The position numbers and the translations under genes are program-made. Positions 39,332 through 48,358 of a DNA stretch of 64,000 bases are shown in pieces. The DNA comes from an uncultured Nitrospira sp. GTDB lineage: Bacteria > Nitrospirota > Nitrospiria > Nitrospirales > Nitrospiraceae. The notes beneath the pieces are model-generated. The model searched no databases and had not been told where the DNA came from. It was given only the letters and a program-made list of their open reading frames with translations. The DNA lies in NCBI GenBank assembly GCA_964556305.1, contig CAZKVY010000012.1:5224-69223 (forward strand). The letters are read 5' to 3'. How positions within the stretch are numbered: the first letter of the stretch is position 1; each line of letters opens with the position of its first letter.

Positions 39332-40330
39332 CTACCCTTGAGACGGCAAAGACATCTGCGATTGAGCCGTGGAGGGGATCGAGATTTCAAACTCCTGCCA
39401 TGCGATCCCGCCCTGCCCGTCCTCCGCCATGATCTTCACCCGATGAGTCCCAGCCACACCAGGGATGACCTTCCAGATCACCTGTCCCGTGGACTTGTCG
39501 ATGGTCATTCCCGGAGGCCCTGTTTCCAGTCCATAGATGACCGTGTCTCCGTCGACGTCCTTGGCCTGGACGACATATTCATACTGCTCTCGATTCGTCA
39601 ACGCCGCCGGATTCGAGACTATCAACGGCGGGGAATTGCCTAGGGCGCTCGGGGCTGACCGGACCGGCGCAGCGGCCGTATCTTGATCCCGCGCGGTCAC
39701 TTCGACCACCACCACATCTTTTCGCCCAAATCCGGTAGTGTCGAGGACGCTTTCCTCGCCTTCCTTAATCTGCTTGTCGTTTCGCCACCACCGATAGCTG
39801 TAATGAATCTCATCCCGATCCGGATCGAGTGCATCGACCTTAGCAAGAACGCGACTCCCCTTTTCAGATGCATCTGTTTCGACCGTTACATGTGACACGA
39901 CAGGGGGGGTGTTCACCACAGTAACCGGCTCCGTACGATAGGGCGCACTCTCCAACTCACCGTCCACAGCAACCACTTCGAGCGCGACCTGATCACCCCG
40001 CTTTGCATGGACCGGGTCAAGTTCAGGGCCGGTTGCACCCAGGACAGGAGTGCCGTTGATGATCCATTGAAATCGCTTCGTAGGTGCGGTTCCGTCAGGA
40101 TCATCTGCCATCACATGCGCCGTGATAGGACCCGCCAGGATGAGAGGATTGGGCACAATTGTCACGAGTCGAACTGTAGGAGCATGGTTATTCTTTGTCA
40201 CGCTACCGGAAACTGATTCGTCTTGGGGCGAGGACGAACACCCCCAACACGTCGCAACGACGACAGCCATCACGCCAAAGCGAGAGACTTGAAGGAAGGG
40301 AGGACGCAGCCCGCGCACCCTTCCTTCCAT
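39332..40330 (-). CDS. Putative lipoprotein with tandem Ig-like / cadherin-like domains
   Basis: CWGC lipobox; repeated N.AP / D.DGD / Y.W motifs; C-terminal GPPGMTID..TG.V.W (putative Ig domain); start uncertain. Confidence 0.7.
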   Translation of the reverse strand: MEGRVRGLRPPFLQVSRFGVMAVVVATCWGCSSSPQDESVSGSVTKNNHAPTVRLVTIVPNPLILAGPITAHVMADDPDGTAPTKRFQWIINGTPVLGATGPELDPVHAKRGDQVALEVVAVDGELESAPYRTEPVTVVNTPPVVSHVTVETDASEKGSRVLAKVDALDPDRDEIHYSYRWWRNDKQIKEGEESVLDTTGFGRKDVVVVEVTARDQDTAAAPVRSAPSALGNSPPLIVSNPAALTNREQYEYVVQAKDVDGDTVIYGLETGPPGMTIDKSTGQVIWKVIPGVAGTHRVKIMAEDGQGGIAWQEFEISIPSTAQSQMSLPSQG

Positions 40331-40350
40331 AGTCCGACCAGTTCTTCTTA

Positions 40351-43300
40351 TCACAGGTTTGTCCATGAGAAAAAATGACTTCGTGGATCGATAGCAACGG
40401 GAACATTGATGCCCGAGCTCGGCGCACCTCCTGTTCCTCCGCACGTCGAACAATCACCGAAGTTCCCCTGACTCATATTGATGAGGAGACCGAACGGACT
40501 GCCGCCGTCTCGACCTGAACCCATATGGACCACGATACCGAACGCCAATCCTTCACCGAGGGATCCGAATTTATTCACCGTCTGATTTGTACCCGATGCT
40601 GTGGTGCCGATAATCGGTTCTTGATAGGCGCTTCCGGTCTTGTAAAACAGCGCCCAGAGTCGGCTTGTTCCGGACGAAACGCAGATATCGTTGGTAGGAA
40701 TGAAGGTGGGAAAAAACACCACCCCCCCGAAGACCGTCGGACTACTGACTGCCCGCTCTCCGATGCCATACGGAACCGGCTTCGTGGGTGGATTGGCCGG
40801 CTCGACGAGCTTGGTCACCCACCCATCCTTGCTCTGTACCAGACTGATCAGGCCGGTAAACGTCGACGCTCCGGTCACGCCTGAAACCTGATTTGTGCCG
40901 CTGGCCAGGCCACAGTCGCCGACGCCTACCACACACACCGTTGCAGCCGTGACATCGACAAGGTCGTTGTCCATGCAGTTGGTCACACCGGCGGACTGAT
41001 TACACCCGGCATTGAGTACCGAATCTTTTATCCCTACGAAATACTGGGTCGAGATGTCCGTCTTATCCGACTTACTGTAATAACGTCCGCTCCCCGCAAA
41101 GACCCAGACATTGGCCGCGTCATCCAGCGTCACCGACGGCGCAGTCGCGACCGGTCCCATTTCCGCTCCGGACGTAAAGGTATCCAGCATCTCGGTCGGG
41201 ACTCGATCGCTGCCGGATGCGATACCCCATTGCGTAGGGCTCGTCACCGTGCCGAACTTCGACGTCGCCCCGCCGGCGCCCATCGTCAGCCGATAAATCT
41301 TTCCTCTCCACGGGAGAGCCCCATCGTTAATTACTCGACCGAAATACACGACGTCATGCCGATAATCGAGATCTCTGTCGAACGCCGTCATATCTCCGAC
41401 ATACGAGTCCCACGAACCAATAGGATACGAAGTGACCAAACTATTGCTGCTTCCGGGTCCCGTTGCCAGATCGATGACGAACACCTTTGCGCCTTGCGCC
41501 GCGCTGGCGTCATAACCGGTCGGGCCGGATCCCACGACCATGTGCCACTTCGCATTCGTGTTGCTGGCCTTGGCGTCACCGCCTGGATTTACCCGTAGGA
41601 CTGCCGGGACACTGGTCGTCAACCCCAAGTCGGAGCTGTTAAATGACCAGAGCAACTTCGGACTGTCGGGATTCGTTACGTCCATGACGAAATAGGAGCT
41701 ATAAAAATTATAGTTTGTGCCGCTAATGGTGAGGGTCATGGGTGGGGCCCCAGTCCCCGCCACACAGGCGCCGCAACTTCCTCCCATTCTGAATCCGCCG
41801 ATCAAAATTGTGCCCCATCCATTGGGGTGATCAGTATCCGCAGTAAAGATTCGCACATCCGCCACCCTGAGGGGTAAATCGACATAGTAGGCATGCTGGT
41901 AATCCGCTCGACTCAAAAACTCCAGCTGCGGGAGGAGTTCATAGGGTACAAATCCCCACAATTCATCGCCCAACGGAGCTCCTGATGAATTGTCTGCCGG
42001 AGCCGTCGTAAACCAACCATGCTCCGTGGTATTTGCGGGAGCAGAGCCGCTTGTGTCATCGCCCGGGTGATAGTATCCGGCATTGAAGGCGTGTAGCATG
42101 CCGTCGTTGCCTCCTACATAGGCGACCTGACGGCGGTTGTACCACTTCTGCAAAAACGCCGAATAACTCTGATCTCCATAGATCGCATCATGCCGATCTT
42201 TGGGCCCCGCCACCACTGTGGGCGTCGAATGAATTACATCGCCTAATTTCCACACTTTTAGCGTTCCGCTTCCGGCAGGCACCTGAAGACGGCGATCTCT
42301 GGTGGCCGCCTGTTCCGTACAAGTCGTGGCATCACATCCACGCACAAAGTTGATGATTTTTGTACCCTCCGCGCTCGAGGCGGCGCGCAGATAGGGACGA
42401 AGAGTCGGCTCGTTCGCCGTCGAAAACGCCATCTGCTCACCGGAATCAACGACTCCGTCATGATCAGAGTCGACCCAGGTGAGGATTGTACGAGTTGATG
42501 AATCTTTCAATGCCAGCTGTTTGCCGGCCTCCCAAATTGGAAGGATGTCGCTTAGCAATTTGCCGCAGGGATTACAATCGGCCACCGTCACTTGACCGTC
42601 GCTATTCTGATCGTTCGGCAATCCGTCGCCGTCACTATCTACATATTTATCGACCTTCACTGAGTTCGATACCGAATCGAAGCGAGTCTTGATGATCTTG
42701 TCGACCTTATAGTCAAGACGGCCATCTTGATTCGTATCTTCGCGGGTATTACCAAACGTGTCGATGAAAAGTGCTTGCGTGTAGCCCGTCCATTTGACAT
42801 CGCTCAGCGTAGACGGTTCGATGGTGCTCGGATAGAAGTAGGACTGGTACAAGGCACCTTCTCCGGTCGAGGCTGTGGCCAACACGGAGACGGATGACCC
42901 GGAGGCGCTGCGTCGGAGAATACTCGCGATCGTTGCCAGCAACTTATCCTGGAGATCGTCCACATTGGAGGATTCGAAATAGGCGTCCGGAACGCCGTCG
43001 GGGGTTGAGGCGCCGGTCAAATTGTTCTCTTTGTCCCATTCGGAGGTCTGCGGGATCCCATCTCCGTTCGAATCCTCAAATCCACCCAGGCGCGCGGTTT
43101 GTGCCAGGATTCCTCGGCCATTGATGTTGCCAAAGGCAAAAAAGGAATACACCGTCAAATTCTGTGTGCCGGGGATGCAATGGCCGGTGACGGATAATCC
43201 CGCAATCGTGCCGTCACTCGTTCCACTGCAAGGACGCAGATCACTGGTGTGCACCCAATAGGCCACATCATCCAAGTAATGGGTTCCATTGTCTGCATAA

Positions 43301-44775
43301 TCGGTCTTGTGCTCCGCCAATAGATCACTGAACGGTGTTGCCGCATTGGTATTACAGGTACCGTTAATGGGGCGAGGAGGAGCGGCGCTATCACTGCCAT
43401 TGCAATGCTGCCCGTGATGAGCATGGCCGAAGTCCTGGAGCGCCGTGGGGATATTCACGTCTTGCGTGGGCTCACCGTCTGTAAAGATAATGACGAACGT
43501 TCGGCAGCAATTTACCACCTGAGATGTCGATGCCCAGGGCGGGGTGTGATTTTGACCAAAAAAGTACGGGTCTCGACCACAGGCACTTGCGATGTACCCA
43601 GCAGGGCAGGTTTCGGTTCCGACTAATGCCGTGATTTCGCTCGTCCCAATCGAACCGGCACCGGTAGTGGCAAAATTGACGGCGTTTGAAATGCCTCCTG
43701 AAAACGCGATCGGATACACATAGCCTGTTGTAAACGTCGATTGAATCTGCGCGACATATCGCGCCGTCTCATAGAGCGATTCGCTCAATGGCGTCCAGGT
43801 CGAGGGATACGATTCCTCCACCGCATCGACCATGGCCGCCATGTTCGTATTGAACGTCTCCACGGTCGTACCGGACCAGTCAATGGACTGTCGGGAACCC
43901 GCGCCCACGAGCATGCGCGCGCCTTCACTGCTGGACTTGAATTCGACGAGGCCAAAACGGGCTTTGCTGCCAATTTGCTGAATGACCCCTGTGGGTTCAG
44001 TCGAATACCCCACTTTCAGCTCATACTTGCGGACGCTGAATGAATCGCCGCAATTACTATTAAAGCTCGTGTCATTGTCCACACAGAAATAGGGCACGGC
44101 GGGGGTTCCGGATGTCGCCGAGATACCAATCGAAATGGTTGCCGGGTTTCCCGTTCTGTCGGCAGACGGAATTCTGCCAACATATGTATTCGCACCGGCG
44201 CCGGCATTGTAGGCCACATCGGCGCGCTCATCATTTACTCCGGTTGCCTGAGCACGGACGGTTTTTAAGGCAGGCGTCCCAGTGGTCGGACAGGTGCCAT
44301 CCGCAGCTCTGGCGGTGGCACAGTCGCCACCGGACATGGCTCGTTTTACCGCATCAAATCGGCGAAGTGTCGCCCAATTCAAAAAATTCCCATCCCATTC
44401 CGTCGTCGAGCAAGCCGTCGATACGGTCGCCTTTGCGGCACCGTTTTCAAATCTTTTGTCAGTCGTGTTGTAGATATAGCAGCGGAGCGAATCAAAGTAG
44501 CCCGAATAACGAGTGGTATTGGTCCACGTCGTCGTCGTAGAGGTGCTTCCATCCGCTAGAATCCCGCACGAAGTCGATTCGCAAGCCCGATTGCTCATAC
44601 TCCCCGAATTATCCATCAGAATGATGATATTCGGCGTGGTCGCACCTGAGACGAAGGGCGGTGACGCAGTGTAGTCCGCGTTGGAGACGACGGCCGCCGC
44701 CTCGCCGGATCCAAACAGACCGGCACTGACACTACCGACAAGGACCATCAGCGAGGCAACAGTTCGGCGATTCAT
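40351..44775 (-). CDS. pilY1: Type IV pilus tip adhesin PilY1
   Basis: Signal, vWA-like IIILMDNSGSM...TPLSESL...FVIIFTDGEPT, PilC-type propeller (LGDVIHSTP, YVGGNDGMLHAFN, ELWGFVP), several DxDxDG loops; downstream of pilX. Confidence 0.9.
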   Translation of the reverse strand: MNRRTVASLMVLVGSVSAGLFGSGEAAAVVSNADYTASPPFVSGATTPNIIILMDNSGSMSNRACESTSCGILADGSTSTTTTWTNTTRYSGYFDSLRCYIYNTTDKRFENGAAKATVSTACSTTEWDGNFLNWATLRRFDAVKRAMSGGDCATARAADGTCPTTGTPALKTVRAQATGVNDERADVAYNAGAGANTYVGRIPSADRTGNPATISIGISATSGTPAVPYFCVDNDTSFNSNCGDSFSVRKYELKVGYSTEPTGVIQQIGSKARFGLVEFKSSSEGARMLVGAGSRQSIDWSGTTVETFNTNMAAMVDAVEESYPSTWTPLSESLYETARYVAQIQSTFTTGYVYPIAFSGGISNAVNFATTGAGSIGTSEITALVGTETCPAGYIASACGRDPYFFGQNHTPPWASTSQVVNCCRTFVIIFTDGEPTQDVNIPTALQDFGHAHHGQHCNGSDSAAPPRPINGTCNTNAATPFSDLLAEHKTDYADNGTHYLDDVAYWVHTSDLRPCSGTSDGTIAGLSVTGHCIPGTQNLTVYSFFAFGNINGRGILAQTARLGGFEDSNGDGIPQTSEWDKENNLTGASTPDGVPDAYFESSNVDDLQDKLLATIASILRRSASGSSVSVLATASTGEGALYQSYFYPSTIEPSTLSDVKWTGYTQALFIDTFGNTREDTNQDGRLDYKVDKIIKTRFDSVSNSVKVDKYVDSDGDGLPNDQNSDGQVTVADCNPCGKLLSDILPIWEAGKQLALKDSSTRTILTWVDSDHDGVVDSGEQMAFSTANEPTLRPYLRAASSAEGTKIINFVRGCDATTCTEQAATRDRRLQVPAGSGTLKVWKLGDVIHSTPTVVAGPKDRHDAIYGDQSYSAFLQKWYNRRQVAYVGGNDGMLHAFNAGYYHPGDDTSGSAPANTTEHGWFTTAPADNSSGAPLGDELWGFVPYELLPQLEFLSRADYQHAYYVDLPLRVADVRIFTADTDHPNGWGTILIGGFRMGGSCGACVAGTGAPPMTLTISGTNYNFYSSYFVMDVTNPDSPKLLWSFNSSDLGLTTSVPAVLRVNPGGDAKASNTNAKWHMVVGSGPTGYDASAAQGAKVFVIDLATGPGSSNSLVTSYPIGSWDSYVGDMTAFDRDLDYRHDVVYFGRVINDGALPWRGKIYRLTMGAGGATSKFGTVTSPTQWGIASGSDRVPTEMLDTFTSGAEMGPVATAPSVTLDDAANVWVFAGSGRYYSKSDKTDISTQYFVGIKDSVLNAGCNQSAGVTNCMDNDLVDVTAATVCVVGVGDCGLASGTNQVSGVTGASTFTGLISLVQSKDGWVTKLVEPANPPTKPVPYGIGERAVSSPTVFGGVVFFPTFIPTNDICVSSGTSRLWALFYKTGSAYQEPIIGTTASGTNQTVNKFGSLGEGLAFGIVVHMGSGRDGGSPFGLLINMSQGNFGDCSTCGGTGGAPSSGINVPVAIDPRSHFFSWTNL

Positions 44776-44852
44776 GCGTTCTTCCTCCTCATCTCAAGCA
44801 GGACAACAGCCGTCCCATGATGGCTACGAGTTGAGACAAGACCTTTCATACG

Positions 44853-45182
44853 CTATTGCGGCAACTTCACGACCATCTTATCGATGTGGCCTTCTTTCAG
44901 ATGGAATTTGGCGAGCGAGGTCGGAATAATGCGTCCCAATTCCAGCGGTTCTCCTTCATGGGTTACCACCACGACTGCTGCTTTCAACACATAACTCCGT
45001 CCGTCTATGCGAATGGTCGATCCCTGCACCTCGTCAATCACACCAGACTGAAACCCGACGGTTGAAAACAGCATCGCTTCTTGGGGCGGCTCAGACTCTG
45101 CGCTCGCAATAGGCACCTCGGCCGGTCCTATTTGCCACCATGCGAGCATGCCAATCACCACGTAGAGGAGTGCGTTCTTCAT
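44853..45182 (-). CDS. Small secreted beta-protein between pilX and pilY1
   Basis: Signal peptide; G.IDEV...IRIDG..Y pattern. Confidence 0.65.
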   Translation of the reverse strand: MKNALLYVVIGMLAWWQIGPAEVPIASAESEPPQEAMLFSTVGFQSGVIDEVQGSTIRIDGRSYVLKAAVVVVTHEGEPLELGRIIPTSLAKFHLKEGHIDKMVVKLPQ

Positions 45183-45196
45183 CGCCAGACCCTCTT

Positions 45197-45829
45197 TTAG
45201 CTGATTTTCTTGACGCATGTATCCCCCTCCAAACAGCCATACACCGAGGTCACGGTACTGCTTGAGCCGGTTGCGGCATTGGTTGCGGTGCAGGTGATCC
45301 TGTAGACAACCTCGGTTGACGTCACCCCGGTACCCTGTCCGGACTTCGCGTGTGCATAGAGACGATCGATGTCGCCATTGACAGTGAAACCGGGCAGATT
45401 CGTCATCACAAAATTGGGCTCAGTCGCCGCAGAATCGGCATAATTCTCAGCCAATGTGCCGGTAGGGGCGGGAGATGGAAGAGGAGAAGAACCGTAGATC
45501 TCCTGCCAAAGAATCGTCGAATTGGCGGCGGGTACCGGACCTGCGGGTGCGATAAATGTAGCCGGCAGGACTCCCGGAGGAGACAGCGTCTGCTGGATGA
45601 TGTTGGCCGCAAGGCCTTCACACGAATCCGCAGCCGCGACCACGGCTTCGGTGGTGCGGAAAAATCCTGCCATGCGGTTTTCCATGCTTGTCACAGTGAT
45701 GGAGGCAATGCCAAGGATCGAGAGAATCAGCAACATCAGCATCACGGTCAGCAAGGCAATGCCGTGCTGATTCCGGCACGCGTCGTCTCCATACGCTGTT
45801 GTTGCAGTTCTAGCCTGTCGCAGATTCAT
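45197..45829 (-). CDS. pilX: Minor pilin PilX-like (cassette 1)
   Basis: QHG|IALLT prepilin cleavage site lacking Glu5, ENRMAG, AADS. Confidence 0.8.
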   Translation of the reverse strand: MNLRQARTATTAYGDDACRNQHGIALLTVMLMLLILSILGIASITVTSMENRMAGFFRTTEAVVAAADSCEGLAANIIQQTLSPPGVLPATFIAPAGPVPAANSTILWQEIYGSSPLPSPAPTGTLAENYADSAATEPNFVMTNLPGFTVNGDIDRLYAHAKSGQGTGVTSTEVVYRITCTATNAATGSSSTVTSVYGCLEGDTCVKKIS

Positions 45830-45843
45830 TGCGGCGTCTCTCG

Positions 45844-46953
45844 TTACAGGTTTCTCGGCTGAATTGTGCGGACCAGTACACGCCTTCGTTGCTGTTGGTA
45901 GGTGGTAGCGTCATAGCCCGTGTCGGCCGACGGATTGTGATCGCCGACGATAACAGGCCCCGTCGTGTTGACACCTTTGCTGCCCTTTTCGTCCAAGCCG
46001 TCGTCCGCCTTCGTCGGCCGGACCACCACGCTCACTTGTGCCATTCTGATCTTGTCCGGCGTCCTCGGTGTAATTGCCCAGGTGCCGTTAGAAACGAAAT
46101 CTCCCTGAGAAAAGGTGGGGAATCCTCCAGACGAAGACCCGTCTTGATCATCGATCACTCCGTCAGCATAGAGGGGATTGGGCGCCGCCTGGTTGCATCC
46201 GTCACAGGCATAGGTGATTTGCAGATCCTCCACACCATCGACGAGCGCCACGTTGTCCCGGACGAGGCACGGCGCATTGCTCCCGCAAGTAGCCGGGGTA
46301 TTGACGACGACTTGGTATCGCACACACTGCATCAGATACACGGGCGTCCCGATGGGAAATTGCCCGCTCACATAATTTCCGGCACCGAATCCGATGGAGG
46401 TCGCCCCGATGGCCTTGACGGTTTTTGAAACGGCCCCCCCGATCGAAATCGTTGAATCGAGGGCGAGTCCCTGAGCAAGCATTTCTGTGATGGCAGTGCC
46501 TGAGAGACTGATCGAATTGTCAAATGTCACCGCATTAGCAGTTCCGCCGGCCGCCGCTGTCAGCGTCCAGCCCGTCGTGTTCATGATCGGCAACACCATC
46601 GACACACCATCCGCTCCGGTATCAGCCCCACTCGGCGTTTGATCCTGCGGAAGTAACCCGACCGGCTTCGTCACAGCGCCGATGGTAGCGCTGCAGTTCC
46701 CCACCGCGGCCGTGGCCGGATCGGTCGCGTTGTAATTGAAGCCGGCCAGCTTGATGTCCCGACTCAGTAGGTCGGTCGCCAATCGGACATTCTGCTGGGT
46801 ATCCGCCACCTGCGTATTGACCACATTGGCACGATTCGACGTAACGACCGTGGTCATTGTAGCGGCCACGATCACGACCGTGATCAACACGGCGGCCATC
46901 AATTCCACCAGCGTAAAGCCCTGTTGGTTGCCTTCACATCGACGCATTGGCAT
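45844..46953 (-). CDS. pilW: Minor pilin PilW-like (cassette 1)
   Basis: QQG|FTLVE, QQNVR.A..LL.RDI..AG, LVDGVEDLQI.Y. Confidence 0.85.
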   Translation of the reverse strand: MPMRRCEGNQQGFTLVELMAAVLITVVIVAATMTTVVTSNRANVVNTQVADTQQNVRLATDLLSRDIKLAGFNYNATDPATAAVGNCSATIGAVTKPVGLLPQDQTPSGADTGADGVSMVLPIMNTTGWTLTAAAGGTANAVTFDNSISLSGTAITEMLAQGLALDSTISIGGAVSKTVKAIGATSIGFGAGNYVSGQFPIGTPVYLMQCVRYQVVVNTPATCGSNAPCLVRDNVALVDGVEDLQITYACDGCNQAAPNPLYADGVIDDQDGSSSGGFPTFSQGDFVSNGTWAITPRTPDKIRMAQVSVVVRPTKADDGLDEKGSKGVNTTGPVIVGDHNPSADTGYDATTYQQQRRRVLVRTIQPRNL

Positions 46954-46965
46954 GCTCCACAATGT

Positions 46966-47490
46966 CTATTCAGGCGCAACGACGGTCGTAAACACGGCCG
47001 TCTTAGTGCGAGTGGTGCTCACGTCAGTCTTCCTGGTTTGCCAACTCACTGTGATGGTCACCAAAAAGCGATTCATCGTCACCGGGTTCGCGGTGGGATC
47101 CGGATCGAGGCGAGTTGATGTCACCACTCCTGCGGCACCTGGCAGCCCCGAATTGGCCATCACGGCTTGCCACTGCGTACAGTCGCCCCACGCCATGCGT
47201 TGCGTGCTCACACTCTGCGGACACGCCGCGGCCGTTGTGGTGTTGTGGTAGTCCAACACGCGTTGCCGATTATTCTGAATTCGCTCGGCCATATCTGCGG
47301 CGATATTGGTCACGCGCGCCATATCGCTGGCATCCACGTTTTTTCCCAGGGACATTCCGGACAATCCTGCGAGGCCCAATAGCCCAACTGAGAGCACGCC
47401 GGCTGCCACCATGGCCTCTAAAAGGGTAAAACCCTTCTGCATGGGCGTCACCGTGCCTGGTGCTTCTTTTTGCCGTCTTACGTGTTTCAT
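46966..47490 (-). CDS. pilV: Minor pilin PilV-like (cassette 1)
   Basis: QKG|FTLLE, SVGLLGLAGL, A.DMAERI..N. Confidence 0.85.
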   Translation of the reverse strand: MKHVRRQKEAPGTVTPMQKGFTLLEAMVAAGVLSVGLLGLAGLSGMSLGKNVDASDMARVTNIAADMAERIQNNRQRVLDYHNTTTAAACPQSVSTQRMAWGDCTQWQAVMANSGLPGAAGVVTSTRLDPDPTANPVTMNRFLVTITVSWQTRKTDVSTTRTKTAVFTTVVAPE

Positions 47491-47497
47491 TCCGCCT

Positions 47498-47974
47498 CTA
47501 TGGACAGGTCGCATGAGCGCACCAGTTCACCTTGCCGGAGGGAGCGACGACCAGCGAATAGACCGTCCCCTGCTGGGAGACCAAGGTCAGGGGTACGTTC
47601 GCCGCTGCTCCGCTCAAGCCCTGCCGGGTGAATTGCACCGTTGGGCCCCCTGTAAATGCGACGATAGTCTGAGGCAATATGATGGGCGCCAACGCACCGC
47701 CAAAATCCACATTCACTCTGCCGGACACCAGCGCCAGCGTCACGGTGACGGCCAGATTACGATTCATCGCGGCCATGCGGGCCAGATTCAAACTGCCAGC
47801 CAATTCGGTCGTGCCCTGTTTCAGCTGATACCGGGCATTCCATTGCAGATAATTCGGCACGGCTACCATTGCCAGAATGCCGACAATCGCCACGGCGATC
47901 ATCACCTCGATGAGGGTGAACCCTCTCTGACAACGAGCCCCAGTGGACCGTTGGTGATAGGAAGAGACACACAT
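47498..47974 (-). CDS. fimT: Minor pilin FimT/FimU (GspH-like) (cassette 1)
   Basis: QRG|FTLIE, L...L..ARM.AM, V.F...G; start could be 48001. Confidence 0.8.
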   Translation of the reverse strand: MCVSSYHQRSTGARCQRGFTLIEVMIAVAIVGILAMVAVPNYLQWNARYQLKQGTTELAGSLNLARMAAMNRNLAVTVTLALVSGRVNVDFGGALAPIILPQTIVAFTGGPTVQFTRQGLSGAAANVPLTLVSQQGTVYSLVVAPSGKVNWCAHATCP

Positions 47975-47989
47975 AGCAACAGGCAGATG

Positions 47990-48006
47990 AGCAAGTGCCA
48001 TGCCGA
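47990..48006 (-). promoter_or_regulatory. sigma54 -24/-12 promoter for pilin cassette 1
   Basis: Minus strand CGGCATGGCACTTGCT has GG-N10-GC with a TTGC -12 box. Confidence 0.6.
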
Positions 48007-48030
48007 TGAAGATTCAGGAAAATGTTTGCC

Positions 48031-48043
48031 TAAACAATTGATA
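48031..48043 (-). promoter_or_regulatory. IHF site upstream of the sigma54 promoter
   Basis: TATCAATTGTTTA is an exact match to WATCAANNNNTTR, at about -52 to -64. Confidence 0.55.
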
Positions 48044-48358
48044 TGTCAGCTGCATTCATATCTGCAGCCGTACAATTCCGGTCGTTTTGTGATCACGGAG
48101 GTGACAATTTTCGTCGGATGTACGGCGATCTTTGCCCAAACACGGCAGGTGAGCAGCACCAGACAAGGGAAGTGTTATAAGCCTTGGCTACGGGTCACTC
48201 TGGGAAACGGAAGCATACCACTCTGATGATGCATCAATAGCACGGATACATCCTTTGACGACTCAACCCGCATGGAGCAGATTCATACGTCAACTGGTGT
48301 GGCTTCTCAGTGAGAGAAGTGTGGGAACAGGCAACGGAGTCAACTGAATGCAAGGGTA

